The notes under the pieces: model-generated
Told to the model about the DNA's origin: nothing
Database searches by the model: none
Seen by the model: the letters and a program-made list of their open reading frames with translations, nothing else
Origin: an uncultured Chloroflexia bacterium
Lineage (GTDB): Bacteria; Chloroflexota; Ktedonobacteria; Ktedonobacterales; Ktedonobacteraceae
Length of the DNA: 64,000 nt
Reading direction: 5' to 3'
NCBI GenBank assembly: GCA_963814985.1
Contig: CAWFFV010000034.1
Coordinates: forward strand, 110,749-174,748
Shown: in pieces, positions 28,245 to 37,559 of the stretch
Position numbering within the stretch: position 1 is the first letter of the stretch
Layout of the letters: each line of letters begins with the position of its first letter
Translations under genes and position numbers: made by a program

Positions 28245-28307
28245 ATGCTCAGTTACCAGACCAACCAACGCTATAGCTTTTATTACTGGTTTAGCCCTCC
28301 AGCATGA
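28245..28307 (+). CDS. Attenuator leader peptide of 20 aa: MLSYQTNQRYSFYYWFSPPA (Phe-Tyr-Tyr-Trp-Phe run).
   Basis: A short ORF with a GAAGG RBS about 12 nt upstream and five consecutive aromatic codons (TTT TAT TAC TGG TTT). It is followed by alternative hairpins and a terminator immediately before the DAHP synthase start. Confidence 0.6.
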   Translation: MLSYQTNQRYSFYYWFSPPA

Positions 28308-28358
28308 TGGTGGGTCTTTTGGACTGAGCAAGAATTTGACCACCAGCATGCTGGGGAA

Positions 28359-28385
28359 GCAGAGGAAAAACCTCTGCTTTTTTAT
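28359..28385 (+). terminator. Attenuator terminator hairpin (GCAGAGG-aaaaac-CCTCTGC + TTTTTTA), 25 nt upstream of the aroF start.
   Basis: A GC stem plus U-tract lie in the 5' leader between the promoter and leader peptide and the aroF RBS (AGAGAGGA at 28393). Confidence 0.6.
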
Positions 28386-28409
28386 TTCAAAAAAGAGAGG
28401 ACTTTTTCA

Positions 28410-29477
28410 ATGATCATTCTGCTTCACAGTCAGGCTACCCATGAAGAGCGAGTCCAGTTAATGAACCTTGTGAGCCGGATCACTGGTAGCCAGCGGCCTA
28501 CGACAAAAATGGCTACGCACGAAGTTATTGCTCTGGAGACTAGCCAGCTGGATACGGAGGCACAAGGTGTCCTCAGCCAGCAAAGAGCCGTCGAACGCTT
28601 GATCTCCATCAAGACCTCATATCAGCTAGTCAGCAGAGCTTTCCAGGCCGAGAGTAGTCGTATTGTGGTGGGCAGCGACCATGACTGCAATCCTGTGAGC
28701 ATTGGAGGTGTCTCTACCTCCCCAGTCATCATGGCAGGACCATGCGCGGTTGAGAACAGAGAGCAGTTGCTTTCTACTGCCCATGCAGTCGCAGCAGCCG
28801 GTGCTCAGGTTTTGCGCGGCGGAGCCTTCAAGCCGCGTACCTCTCCCTACCAGTTCCAGGGACTTGGCATTGAAGGCCTCCAGCATCTTGCCCAGGCACG
28901 TCAGGAAACCGGGCTACCGGTGATTACCGAAGTGATGGAACCTGCTCTGGTAGATACTGTCGCGCAATATGCTGACATCTTGCAGATCGGTAGTCGCAAC
29001 ATGCAGAATTTCGCGCTCTTACTTGCCGTAGGCCGCCAGAGTCAGAAGCGTCCCGTGTTGCTCAAACGTGGGCTGGCCGCCACCATTGATGAGTTTTTGT
29101 TAGCCGCAGAATACATTGTTTCTGCGGGTAATCCAAATGTTATCCTCTGTGAACGCGGCATTCGCAGTTTCGACCCACAGACCCGTAATGTCCTGGATCT
29201 CTCATGTGTACCATTATTACATGAGATGACTCACCTGCCCATTATTGTAGATCCCAGTCACGCGACTGGTCGCCGCGAACTTGTTCCGACCATGTCTCGT
29301 GCGAGCATCGCTGCCGAAGCCGATGGACTGATTATCGAAGTTCATCCCCATCCCGATAGTGCCCTGTGCGATGGACGTCAGTCAATTACCCCCGAACAGT
29401 TACAAAAGATTGTCCATGAAACACATATGCTTGCACGCATGATGAGAGAAGAGGAGAACATGCCGCTGATAGCCTGA
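28410..29477 (+). CDS. aroF: 3-deoxy-7-phosphoheptulonate (DAHP) synthase, class I-beta, with an N-terminal ferredoxin-like regulatory domain.
   Basis: The KDO8PS/DAHPS I-beta core (GPCAVE...[12 protein letters not shown]...KRG...DPSHA) is preceded by an N-terminal regulatory extension of about 95 aa. Confidence 0.88.
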   Translation: MIILLHSQATHEERVQLMNLVSRITGSQRPTTKMATHEVIALETSQLDTEAQGVLSQQRAVERLISIKTSYQLVSRAFQAESSRIVVGSDHDCNPVSIGGVSTSPVIMAGPCAVENREQLLSTAHAVAAAGAQVLRGGAFKPRTSPYQFQGLGIEGLQHLAQARQETGLPVITEVMEPALVDTVAQYADILQIGSRNMQNFALLLAVGRQSQKRPVLLKRGLAATIDEFLLAAEYIVSAGNPNVILCERGIRSFDPQTRNVLDLSCVPLLHEMTHLPIIVDPSHATGRRELVPTMSRASIAAEADGLIIEVHPHPDSALCDGRQSITPEQLQKIVHETHMLARMMREEENMPLIA

Positions 29478-29648
29478 AGAAAACGCAAGAGAGCATATCG
29501 AAAGACTCAGGCCAGTCTGTGTATAGAAAGACCATACAAGGCCTATCGACTCACTCTATTGAGTATGATATACTCTGTTGTACGTAGTGAAAGACTTAGT
29601 ACTATTCGTACTGTGGTGGAAAGAGACCAGAGGCTTTGAGGTGTCATT

Positions 29649-30221
29649 ATGCCAACACGTATTATTATTGCAGATGACGAAACCATCCAGCGCATGGATC
29701 TGAGAGATGTGCTAACCAAGCAAGGCTATCTTGTAGTCGGTGAAGCTGGAGATGGTCTGAGTGCCGTCAACCTGGCCCGTGAGATACGACCAGATCTGGT
29801 TATTATGGATATTCGTATGCCCGACATGGACGGCATCGCTGCCGCAGAAACTCTTACGCAGGAAAAAATTGCACCAGTGTTGTTGCTCACGGCCTTCGGA
29901 GACCAGCCACTTGTTGAGCGTGCTAAGGAAGCAGGCGTGGTGAACTATATTGTGAAACCATTGCGCGAAAGCGAGGTTGCACCAGCAATAGAGGTCGCTC
30001 TGGCACGCTATAACGAGTTTCGTGCTATGGAAGAGAAAGCTCGGAGTCTGGCCGAACAGTTAGAGACCCGCAAAATCGTTGAGCGTGCCAAAGGGCTATT
30101 GATGGAAAAGCAGGGGCTTTCCGAGCAGGAAGCGTTCCGCAAGATTCAAAAAGCCAGTATGAACAATCGCAAATCAATGCGAGAGGTAGCAGAAGCGATT
30201 TTACTGACCAACGAAATGTAA
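29649..30221 (+). CDS. Response regulator with ANTAR RNA-binding output domain (AmiR/NasT family).
   Basis: A receiver domain (IIIADDE...DLVIMDIRMPDMDG) is followed by the ANTAR motif (IVERAKGLLMEKQGLSEQEAFRKIQKASMNNRKSMREVAEAIL). Confidence 0.88.
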   Translation: MPTRIIIADDETIQRMDLRDVLTKQGYLVVGEAGDGLSAVNLAREIRPDLVIMDIRMPDMDGIAAAETLTQEKIAPVLLLTAFGDQPLVERAKEAGVVNYIVKPLRESEVAPAIEVALARYNEFRAMEEKARSLAEQLETRKIVERAKGLLMEKQGLSEQEAFRKIQKASMNNRKSMREVAEAILLTNEM

Positions 30222-30298
30222 GCTATATTGGGTAGAGGGGGTATGGGTATTGCAATGCTGCGATATCCTTTCCTCATCTAGTAAAGATAGAGTAAGCA

Positions 30299-31237
30299 AT
30301 GGTACCGGGGACGAGTACAGAAAAGACAGTGACCATTGTCGGCATTCGTTTTCGTCCAGCAGGGCGTATTTATTACTTTGACCCTCAGGGACAATCCTTT
30401 GGGACAGGCCAGTATGTTCTAGTTGAGACCGTGCGTGGACTAGAAGCCGGGCGTGTCGTGATTGCTTCTAAGAAGGTCAAGGAGAGTGATCTAAGTGATC
30501 CTCTCAAACCGGTGCTGCGTCTGGCTACCGAAGACGAATTGCGTATGATGCTTTCCTTCAAAAGTAAAGAGAAGGAAGCTCTGGTTCGCTGTGCTGAACG
30601 CATTAGCCAGCATAGCCTGCCCATGAAGCTCGTCGAATCAGAGTATACGTTTGATGGGAGTCGGTTGACTTTCTATTTTACGGCTGATGAGCGAGTTGAC
30701 TTCCGAATACTGGTACGTGATCTGGCAGCTACTTTTCGTACACGTATTGAACTGCGCCAGATTGGTGCCCGCGACCAGGCCAAGTTGCAAGGTGGAGTTG
30801 GTCCTTGCGGGAAAACGTTATGTTGTAGTTCGTGGATTACTGATTTCGGCATTGTCTCAATCAAAATGGCGAAGGAACAAGGTCTCCCCCTCAATCCTTC
30901 AAAAATCTCTGGCGTATGTGGTCGCCTTATGTGCTGTCTCTCCTATGAAAACGACAACTATGTCCAGGCGAAACAACAGATGCCACAGATCGGGACATTC
31001 TTCACAACTCCCAGTGGACAGGGCAAAGTTGTCTCGGTGAATGTACCACAAAATTCGGTCGAAGTGATGCTGGAAAGTGGCGTAACAATCCAGGTACCTG
31101 TCAACGAACAGCAAGAGAAGAAGAGTCAGGGCGGGTGTGGCAGTTGTGGTGTCAAAGGTGAGGGAGGGAGCAGTGGAGGAGGTGGCAGTTGTGGCAGCGG
31201 AGGGTGTGGATCTTGCGGCATCAAGAAGAGATTCTAA
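30299..31237 (+). CDS. ricT: PSP1-domain protein (RicT/YaaT family) with a Gly/Cys-rich C-terminal tail.
   Basis: The PSP1 C-terminal core GPCGKTLCCSSWITDF...GVCGRLMCCLSYE is present. Confidence 0.82.
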   Translation: MVPGTSTEKTVTIVGIRFRPAGRIYYFDPQGQSFGTGQYVLVETVRGLEAGRVVIASKKVKESDLSDPLKPVLRLATEDELRMMLSFKSKEKEALVRCAERISQHSLPMKLVESEYTFDGSRLTFYFTADERVDFRILVRDLAATFRTRIELRQIGARDQAKLQGGVGPCGKTLCCSSWITDFGIVSIKMAKEQGLPLNPSKISGVCGRLMCCLSYENDNYVQAKQQMPQIGTFFTTPSGQGKVVSVNVPQNSVEVMLESGVTIQVPVNEQQEKKSQGGCGSCGVKGEGGSSGGGGSCGSGGCGSCGIKKRF

Positions 31238-31274
31238 TGTGAAGTGACTAGCTCGGTGCTGAGATAAGAGGAAG

Positions 31275-32842
31275 GTGCGCATACATATGTCGTCAGACGG
31301 GAAGGAACCGGGTGCCGTATGGCAAGGTCCCACAAATTCCAGTTGGGGCCACTCCTTTGACCAGGCTCAATCACCAGATCAGGATGATCTATCTTTTTTC
31401 CCCGATTCGCAGGACGAGGAGGAAGAACATCCAGACGTTTCCCTCTCCCAAAGAGAGGAAAGCTTTGCAAGTAGATTGGGACCTGTTGCCTCGCTATTGG
31501 GCCTGTTCAAACAGTTCAGGCAATATGTTACCATCATACTATTACCGTTACTCTTTGGTGGACTCACCTGTTTATTTGTTCTCTTGTTTGTGATGACCGG
31601 GCGAGCCGTTGTTCCCACTTTGGGACTCTGGATCATTCTCGCCATTATCATCATTATTGCTCTGGCACAAGGATTAGTGGTCTACTCCGTAGGAACAAAT
31701 AATGGGTTCCGCGTAGTATTTACCATTGTTGGTCTCTTCCTCTTTATGCTGGTTGGCTGCTTTACTGTCTTTGGCCCACTGGCAGGGTTAGTGTTGCTGG
31801 TTCTCCTTGTTATTGTCTCTATTGCGCTGGCGCGTCTCACCATTCATCCAGTGCCGGAAGGCTATGTGGATATTGCTTACTCATTTGGGAAGTACAATCG
31901 AACGATTTACCGGGGCTTTAATCTCCTCATGCCCTGGGAGAAAGTGATGCACCAGTTAAACGTAGAGGAGACACAGTGGATATGTCCTGTTCAGAGAATA
32001 CAACTGTCACACGACCAGGATGTTATTCTACGCGCCGCCCTGTCGTACCAACTGGTGGCTGAAGATGCATATCTTGCTGTAACCCAGGTCAACCACTGGG
32101 AAGAGAGCCTGCGGGAACTCTTTATCACCGCTCTTCAATCTATTGTTCCTACATTCACGCCTGATGATTTTCTGATCTGGCCGCAAGGTTTCCATAGCGC
32201 TCCCAGGATTAGCCAGGAATTAAATGCATTCGCCGAAGGAAGTGCACGTTGGGAGCATGTCAGCAATTTGTTATTCCAGCAGATGCGCGACAAAGTAGCC
32301 TTGTGGGGAGTGCAGATCAATTGGGTGAGTATCCGTGACGTCTATCTCGGACCGCATGAGCAGGTTATGGTACAGGCTCACAAAAGCGCCGATGTAGAGC
32401 CAGAAGCGACTACACAGGTAACCAAAGTGGAACCCCCTGCTCAGCCACCGAAGGCTCCTCCGGTCCTGCATCTCCAAAGCCAGCTCAAGAGGTACCACCA
32501 GCAGCAAGTAAGCCTCCAGCAGCAAATGCAGATACATCACCATCACCTAAAACGATGCAAGAAAAGATTCTTATCAAGGTCTACAAAGAAGTGCAGAGTG
32601 GTAAGATCACAGATCCAGAGACCATTCGCGGGATTGCTGCAAAGTTTGAGGAGATTACGAATGATCCTAAAGCCAGCCAGGAGGTTAGTTTTGACGCTGC
32701 TCGTGCTGCGCTAAATCTGTATGCTCAAGCAAAAAAGTGTGAAGAGCAGCCACATAGCATGGCTCCACTCTATAGCAATGAGACCAGACCAGACTTGCCC
32801 AATCGCCCCACGCCCACAAACAATCTTGTCCATGGGGAGTGA
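31275..32842 (+). CDS. SPFH/Band-7 (stomatin/prohibitin-like) membrane protein, with an apparent frameshift near 32440-32470 and a Pro/Ala-rich C-terminal region.
   Basis: TM helices precede the SPFH core (VPEGYVDIAYSFGKY...WGVQINWVSIRDV). The natural continuation (GPASPKPAQEVPPAASKPPAANADTSPSPKTMQEKIL...) is in frame +2 and ends at 32842. Confidence 0.7.
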
Positions 32843-32844
32843 GG

Positions 32845-33110
32845 ATGACGGCGCTATCAGCCTTTCATATGATGATCAAGCCACGAGGAGCAATTTGTAA
32901 ACTGGATTGCTCCTATTATTATTTCCTCTCTAAAGAATTTGCCATAGAACATACAACTGGGCTGTTTATTCCTGTGACCTCTATATAGAGGGCATCCAAC
33001 GACCGTATTCTCTCCACATCTGATAGCGAATCTGGTTTGAACTACCCCTGTGATGGATACAAGGCGTTCTTTACCCACATTGACCAAACAATGCACAGAA
33101 TGGCAGCAGA
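32845..33110 (+). pseudogene. Decayed remnant of a radical-SAM, anSME-like (SPASM-type) maturase.
   Basis: MTALSAFHMMIKPRGAICKLDCSYYYFLSKE aligns to the anSME N-terminus FHLMAKPTGPICNLDCKYCFYLEKE, with the third Cys replaced by Tyr. It is followed by stops and frame breaks, and only about 300 nt remain. Confidence 0.45.
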
Positions 33111-33303
33111 ACTACGAGCCGGATCTCCATCGGCTAAGATTATGCGTTATTCTGTATTTCAATTTTTATGATCAAAAATAGCTAAATCAACCTTGTAATG
33201 ATTCCGCACCTGTATACGTGTATTTTATAGGATCATTCATAATTTCCAGAGAAACCGGCACTTCCTATCGTCCTATCTGAACCCACTTTAAGGAGAGACT
33301 ACC

Positions 33304-34495
33304 TTGGTTGTTGATGACTATCAATTGATCTTGCCCCAACCATATCATGCTATTGCAACAGAAGATGTCGAGATCTACTACCATGCCTATCAAGATGAGC
33401 TTCAGCTATCCGAGCAAACGGTAGGAGAGCGCCTCCTCGCCGTCAAGAGAGATATCCAACAAACGCAGACATATCATCAGACCTACGAGGAGCTTGTCAT
33501 TGGCGCTCGCTTAGCCTGGCGTAACGCTACTCGCTGTATTGGTCGCTTGAACTGGCAATTACTGCAAATGCGAGATATGCGCCATCTTACTTCTGCAAAT
33601 GACATATTTCAGGAATTGCTTGAGCATATTCAACTGAGTACCAATGCAGGAAAAATTCGTCCCATCGTGACAGTTTTTGCTCCACAGAGGCCTGGTCAGC
33701 CTGGTCTACGGATCTTGGAATAGTCAGTTGATCCGCTACGCCGGATATCGCTTAGCGAATGGTGACTGCCTGGGTGATCCGTTGGAGATAGATTTTACGA
33801 ATGCTGCATTGCATCTCGGCTGGAAGGGGGCAGGAACAGCTTTTGATATTCTTCCGTTGATCATTCAACTTCCTGGACAGAAGCCTCAGTTCTTTGAAAT
33901 ACCCCCCCAATATGTACTCGAAGTCCCTATTGTTCATCCAGACTATGCCTGGTTTGCCGAACTTGGTCTTAAATGGTATGCATTTCCTGCCATATCAAAC
34001 ATGTGCCTGGAGATAGGGGGTATACGATATACATCGGCTCCTTTTAGCGGATGGTATCTCGAAACAGAAATCGCTACACGCAATTTTGCAGATACAAACC
34101 GCTATAATATGCTGCCAACTATTGCCCAGAAGATGGGCTTGAATGTGCGCTCTGAGCGTTCACTCTGGAAAGATCAGGCGTTAGTAGAGCTTAATAAAGC
34201 AGTTCTTCATTCATATGCCAAAAAGCATGTCACGATAATTGACCATCATACCGCTGCCCGTCAATTCATTTTACATGAAGAACGAGAGCAAAATGCCGGC
34301 CGCAAGACACCAACTGACTGGAGATGGATTGTTCCCCCTCTCTCTCCCTCAACAATGTCTGTTTATCATCGTAGCTATGAGTTTGTCCAGTTGAAGCCAA
34401 ACTGGTTTTATCAACCCGTTGGATGGAAATGTCCCGTAGAGGACTCGTTACAATCTGGGCACGCATGCCCGGCAGGATTGGAGAAACGCGTGTGA
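33304..34495 (+). CDS. nos: Bacterial nitric-oxide synthase oxygenase domain (bNOS), with a 1-nt frameshift near 33695-33705.
   Basis: The heme-thiolate motif AWRNATRCIGRLNWQ is present, along with WNSQLIRYAGY, WYAFPAISNMCLEIGG and IIDHHTAARQF...WRWIVPPLSPS, all colinear with bacterial NOS. The ORFs 33304..33723 and 33677..34495 overlap in different frames. Confidence 0.85.
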
Positions 34496-35295
34496 AGATC
34501 AATATAACAGTATGTGAACTCCCTGACGAGCGCTCCGCATTTCTTCGTGCGTGGGAAGGACTCGTAGAGCATGTTCACGATAAAGCAAGTCAGATCGTGA
34601 TTCTCCCAGAGATGCCTTTCTCTGCCTGGTTTGCGGCAGATCCACAATTTCACGCGTCGACATGGCAAGATGCTGTTGAAGCGCATGAGTCCTGGATGAG
34701 TCGCCTGCAAGAGCTTGCACCCGCAAGTGTTCTGAGTAGTCGTCCCGTCTATCATGGACAGAAACGCCTCAATGAAGGTTTTCTCTGGGAAAACGAGCGT
34801 GAGTATGGATATCGACCTGTTCACCAAAAATACTATTTGCCCAATGAGGCCGGATGTTGGGAGGCATCCTGGTATCAGCAAGGCGATGGAATGTTTGTAC
34901 CATTAGAATATCAAAATATCTCTCTTGGTATGCTTATCTGCACAGAATTGTGGTCTCCAACGCATGCGCAACAGTATGGGCAAGCCGGAGTTCACCTGCT
35001 TGTTGTCCCTCGTGCAACCGAACGCGCAACAGTAGAAAAGTGGATCGTGGGTGGGCAGGCAGCGGCCATTATTGCAGGCGCGTTCTGTGTGTCCTCAAAC
35101 CGGGTCAGTACCCAGGAAAAAGGGGGAGCATTCGGAGGAGGCGGTTGGATCATCGGGCCAGATGGAGATATCCTGGGCCTGACATCCCAGGATGAGCCTT
35201 TTATCACGATAGAGATTGACCGGCACGCAGCCATACGGGCCAAAGACACCTACCCTTGTTCAGTATTCATCAGGGATAGAGATGCCAGTCGATAG
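34492..35295 (+). CDS. Carbon-nitrogen hydrolase family protein (nitrilase/amidase superfamily), translationally coupled to nos.
   Basis: The catalytic-triad contexts VILPEMPF (Glu), K within QKYYL, and LGMLICTELW (Cys) are present. A GTG start at 34492 overlaps the nos stop (GTGTGA). Confidence 0.7.
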   Translation: MKINITVCELPDERSAFLRAWEGLVEHVHDKASQIVILPEMPFSAWFAADPQFHASTWQDAVEAHESWMSRLQELAPASVLSSRPVYHGQKRLNEGFLWENEREYGYRPVHQKYYLPNEAGCWEASWYQQGDGMFVPLEYQNISLGMLICTELWSPTHAQQYGQAGVHLLVVPRATERATVEKWIVGGQAAAIIAGAFCVSSNRVSTQEKGGAFGGGGWIIGPDGDILGLTSQDEPFITIEIDRHAAIRAKDTYPCSVFIRDRDASR

Positions 35296-35722
35296 ATGAC
35301 CCTCGTAAGCGTTCAAGCTTGCAAGAACAGCCTGAGCCAGATCACACTCTACTTCGCTGTTGATCAACAGATCCTAGATGAGCAGAGAGTGGATTTGGCT
35401 GCTTTTCAACACTGCCATCAATGAAAACCTACTCGATCCCAGGATAGTGGCAAGCAGAATCCAGGGACCTGCTTTTTTGCCATACTCTTTATCTCGCTCT
35501 CTCCTGCTGTTAGATTTAGAGTTCACGAACCTTGTGGAATCCTAACTAACATTAAAATCGTCTAAATGCCAATGCTACAACCATTTAGTCTGAACGTCAA
35601 CCCTAACTCTATTCGCATACGTTGATACATGTTAGAATATCTCTGTCTCGGAAAGGATAGCATTTAAGATGTCCTTTTCAAAAGGGTATAGCACTTTTCT
35701 TCTTTTTAAGGAGTAATCATTT

Positions 35723-36511
35723 ATGGTACAACAAATGCGCGTATTACAAGTCTCAACAGTTACCACCAGAGGCGGAGCAACTTGCCGGAACGTATCAATT
35801 GGGCACACCGCAAACCGAGTACAAGGTACGCTTCACAAAACAGGCCATTACATGGATTGTTCTGGGTGTAATCTTGGGAGTTTTTTTGGAGCTTTTGCGC
35901 TAAGTTCCTCTGATATCTTCGTAATGATCCTCCTTCTTCTCTTTGGACTGCTATTCCTGGGTGTGGCACTCTACTATTTCCTCCAGCCGGTGATCTATCG
36001 CTCATGGCATGTCTATGTCTGTACAGGCGGCTTCGTCTTCAGGCGGGGTAACAAAATTGAGGCTTTCCGCTGGGATCAGATTGAGGCCATGTGGCAAGCG
36101 GTAACAAAGCGCTACACTAACGGTATCCACACAGGCACCACGCATAAATACACTGTGCGTCGCAAAGATGGCGGGCAAGTTATATTCAACGACAGATTTA
36201 CTGATGTTGAGGAACTGGGCAATACGATCAGCCACGAGATTACTAATTACCAGATGCCGCAGGCCATTAACGCCTATAATGCTGGCAACACTGTTCCCTT
36301 TGGTCCACTTAGTATCAGTATGCAAGGTATCAGCAACGGTAAAGAGTTGCTGCCATGGAGTCAGGTTAAGGATATAGATGTGAAACAGGGTGTGGTGACC
36401 GTAAAAAAAGAGGGTAAGCGATTGAACTGGTCTTCTGTCCGGGTAACGCAGGTACCCAACGTTTTCGTCCTTATGGCCCTGATAAATTACATTATGCAAG
36501 GGCAAAAGTAG
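35723..36511 (+). CDS. Hypothetical membrane protein; the N-terminus is uncertain.
   Basis: A two-TM region (FVMILLLLFGLLFLGVALYYFL) is followed by a soluble beta-rich domain with no recognised family. Confidence 0.4.
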   Translation: MVQQMRVLQVSTVTTRGGATCRNVSIGHTANRVQGTLHKTGHYMDCSGCNLGSFFGAFALSSSDIFVMILLLLFGLLFLGVALYYFLQPVIYRSWHVYVCTGGFVFRRGNKIEAFRWDQIEAMWQAVTKRYTNGIHTGTTHKYTVRRKDGGQVIFNDRFTDVEELGNTISHEITNYQMPQAINAYNAGNTVPFGPLSISMQGISNGKELLPWSQVKDIDVKQGVVTVKKEGKRLNWSSVRVTQVPNVFVLMALINYIMQGQK

Positions 36512-36522
36512 TAAATAGGTAT

Positions 36523-36783
36523 TATGAGCCATCCTGAACTTTTGTTTCAAAAGTTCGCAAAAGCGAGGGTGCAGGGAGCGCAGCATCCCTGCCGGGGTCT
36601 GGGGTGTCCCCAGAAACTCTTTTTACCTCTTTTGTACGCCGCTGCAGGCGGCGTGAGAGGAGAGAGAAAGAGGCAGGGGACACCCCTGCAACCCCGGCAA
36701 AGGGCGGCTGCCCTTTGCAATCCTGCTTCTCAAGCCGCTTGAGAGATAATGAACTTTTGTTCTAAAAATTCGGGATGACCCAT
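36523..36783 (+). repeat. Complete family-2 palindromic MITE of 261 bp; it overlaps the 3' end of ung.
   Basis: TIRs ATGAGCCATCCTGAACTTTTG ... AAAAATTCGGGATGACCCAT flank an internal long imperfect palindrome (GGGTGCAGGGAGCGCAGCATCCCTGCCGGGGTCTGGGGTGTCCCC ... GGGGACACCCCTGCAACCCCGGCAAAGGGCGGCTGCCC). Confidence 0.8.
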
Positions 36784-37467
36784 GAATTTTAGAGATCGGG
36801 GAAGTTGCCAATCAATCTCAGGTTTGCCTGCTTCGCGTAGGGCCTGGTTGATTGCAGAGAAAGGACGGCTCCCGAAGAAGCCATTGCGTGCGGAGAGGGG
36901 AGAAGGATGTGCAGACTGTATAACAGTGTGACGTGTGGTATCGATCAGGCTCAGCTTTTTCTGTGCATAGCCACCCCACAACACAAAAACGACGGGACTC
37001 TCCTTCGCGTTGACAATGCGAATGACGGCATCTGTGAAAGTTTCCCAACCATGGTTTTTATGTGAATTGGGTGAGTGCGCCTGCACAGTCAGGACGGCAT
37101 TCAACATCAGAAGTCCCTGTTTTGCCCAAGGAACAAGATAGCCGTTGTTAGGAATACGAAAGTCCACATCTTTTTGTAGTTCTTTGTACATGTTGACTAA
37201 CGACGGCGGAGGTTTGATTCCTGGAAGCACGGAGAAACAGAGGCCATGCGCCTGATTATCATCATGATAGGGGTCCTGGCCCAGCAACAGGACATTGACG
37301 TTTTCATAGGGTGTAAGTTGGAGGGCTGAGAAGACATCCTGTTCAGGTGGGAAGACCGTCTGCTGTTGACGTTCCCCATCTACGAATTGTTGCAATTTTT
37401 GGAAATAGGGTTTCTTGAATTCTTCGGCCAGGTGAGTTTGCCAGCTTTCGGGAATGTTTATCTGCAT
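36730..37467 (-). CDS. ung: Uracil-DNA glycosylase (family 1).
   Basis: The conserved blocks GQDPYH, LLLN and HPSPLSA are present. The last roughly 18 codons and the stop are supplied by the family-2 MITE. Confidence 0.88.
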   Translation of the reverse strand: MQINIPESWQTHLAEEFKKPYFQKLQQFVDGERQQQTVFPPEQDVFSALQLTPYENVNVLLLGQDPYHDDNQAHGLCFSVLPGIKPPPSLVNMYKELQKDVDFRIPNNGYLVPWAKQGLLMLNAVLTVQAHSPNSHKNHGWETFTDAVIRIVNAKESPVVFVLWGGYAQKKLSLIDTTRHTVIQSAHPSPLSARNGFFGSRPFSAINQALREAGKPEIDWQLPRSLKFMGHPEFLEQKFIISQAA

Positions 37468-37559
37468 AAAGCTCCTTTAGAAACACTCAAAATATCGATC
37501 AATGTTACCACAGACTTGGTACCTCTACAATATATTCTTTTAGCGTGCAGACAAAGCGG

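Noticed and set aside
28053-28349. 98-aa minus-strand ORF in the aroF leader region.
   Set aside because: It is antisense to the promoter, leader peptide and attenuator structures, has no homology, and is spurious.
35440-35475. Weak hairpin (AGCAG-aatccagggac-CTGCT followed by TTTTTG) downstream of the C-N hydrolase.
   Set aside because: The stem is only 5 bp, which is too weak to call a terminator with confidence.
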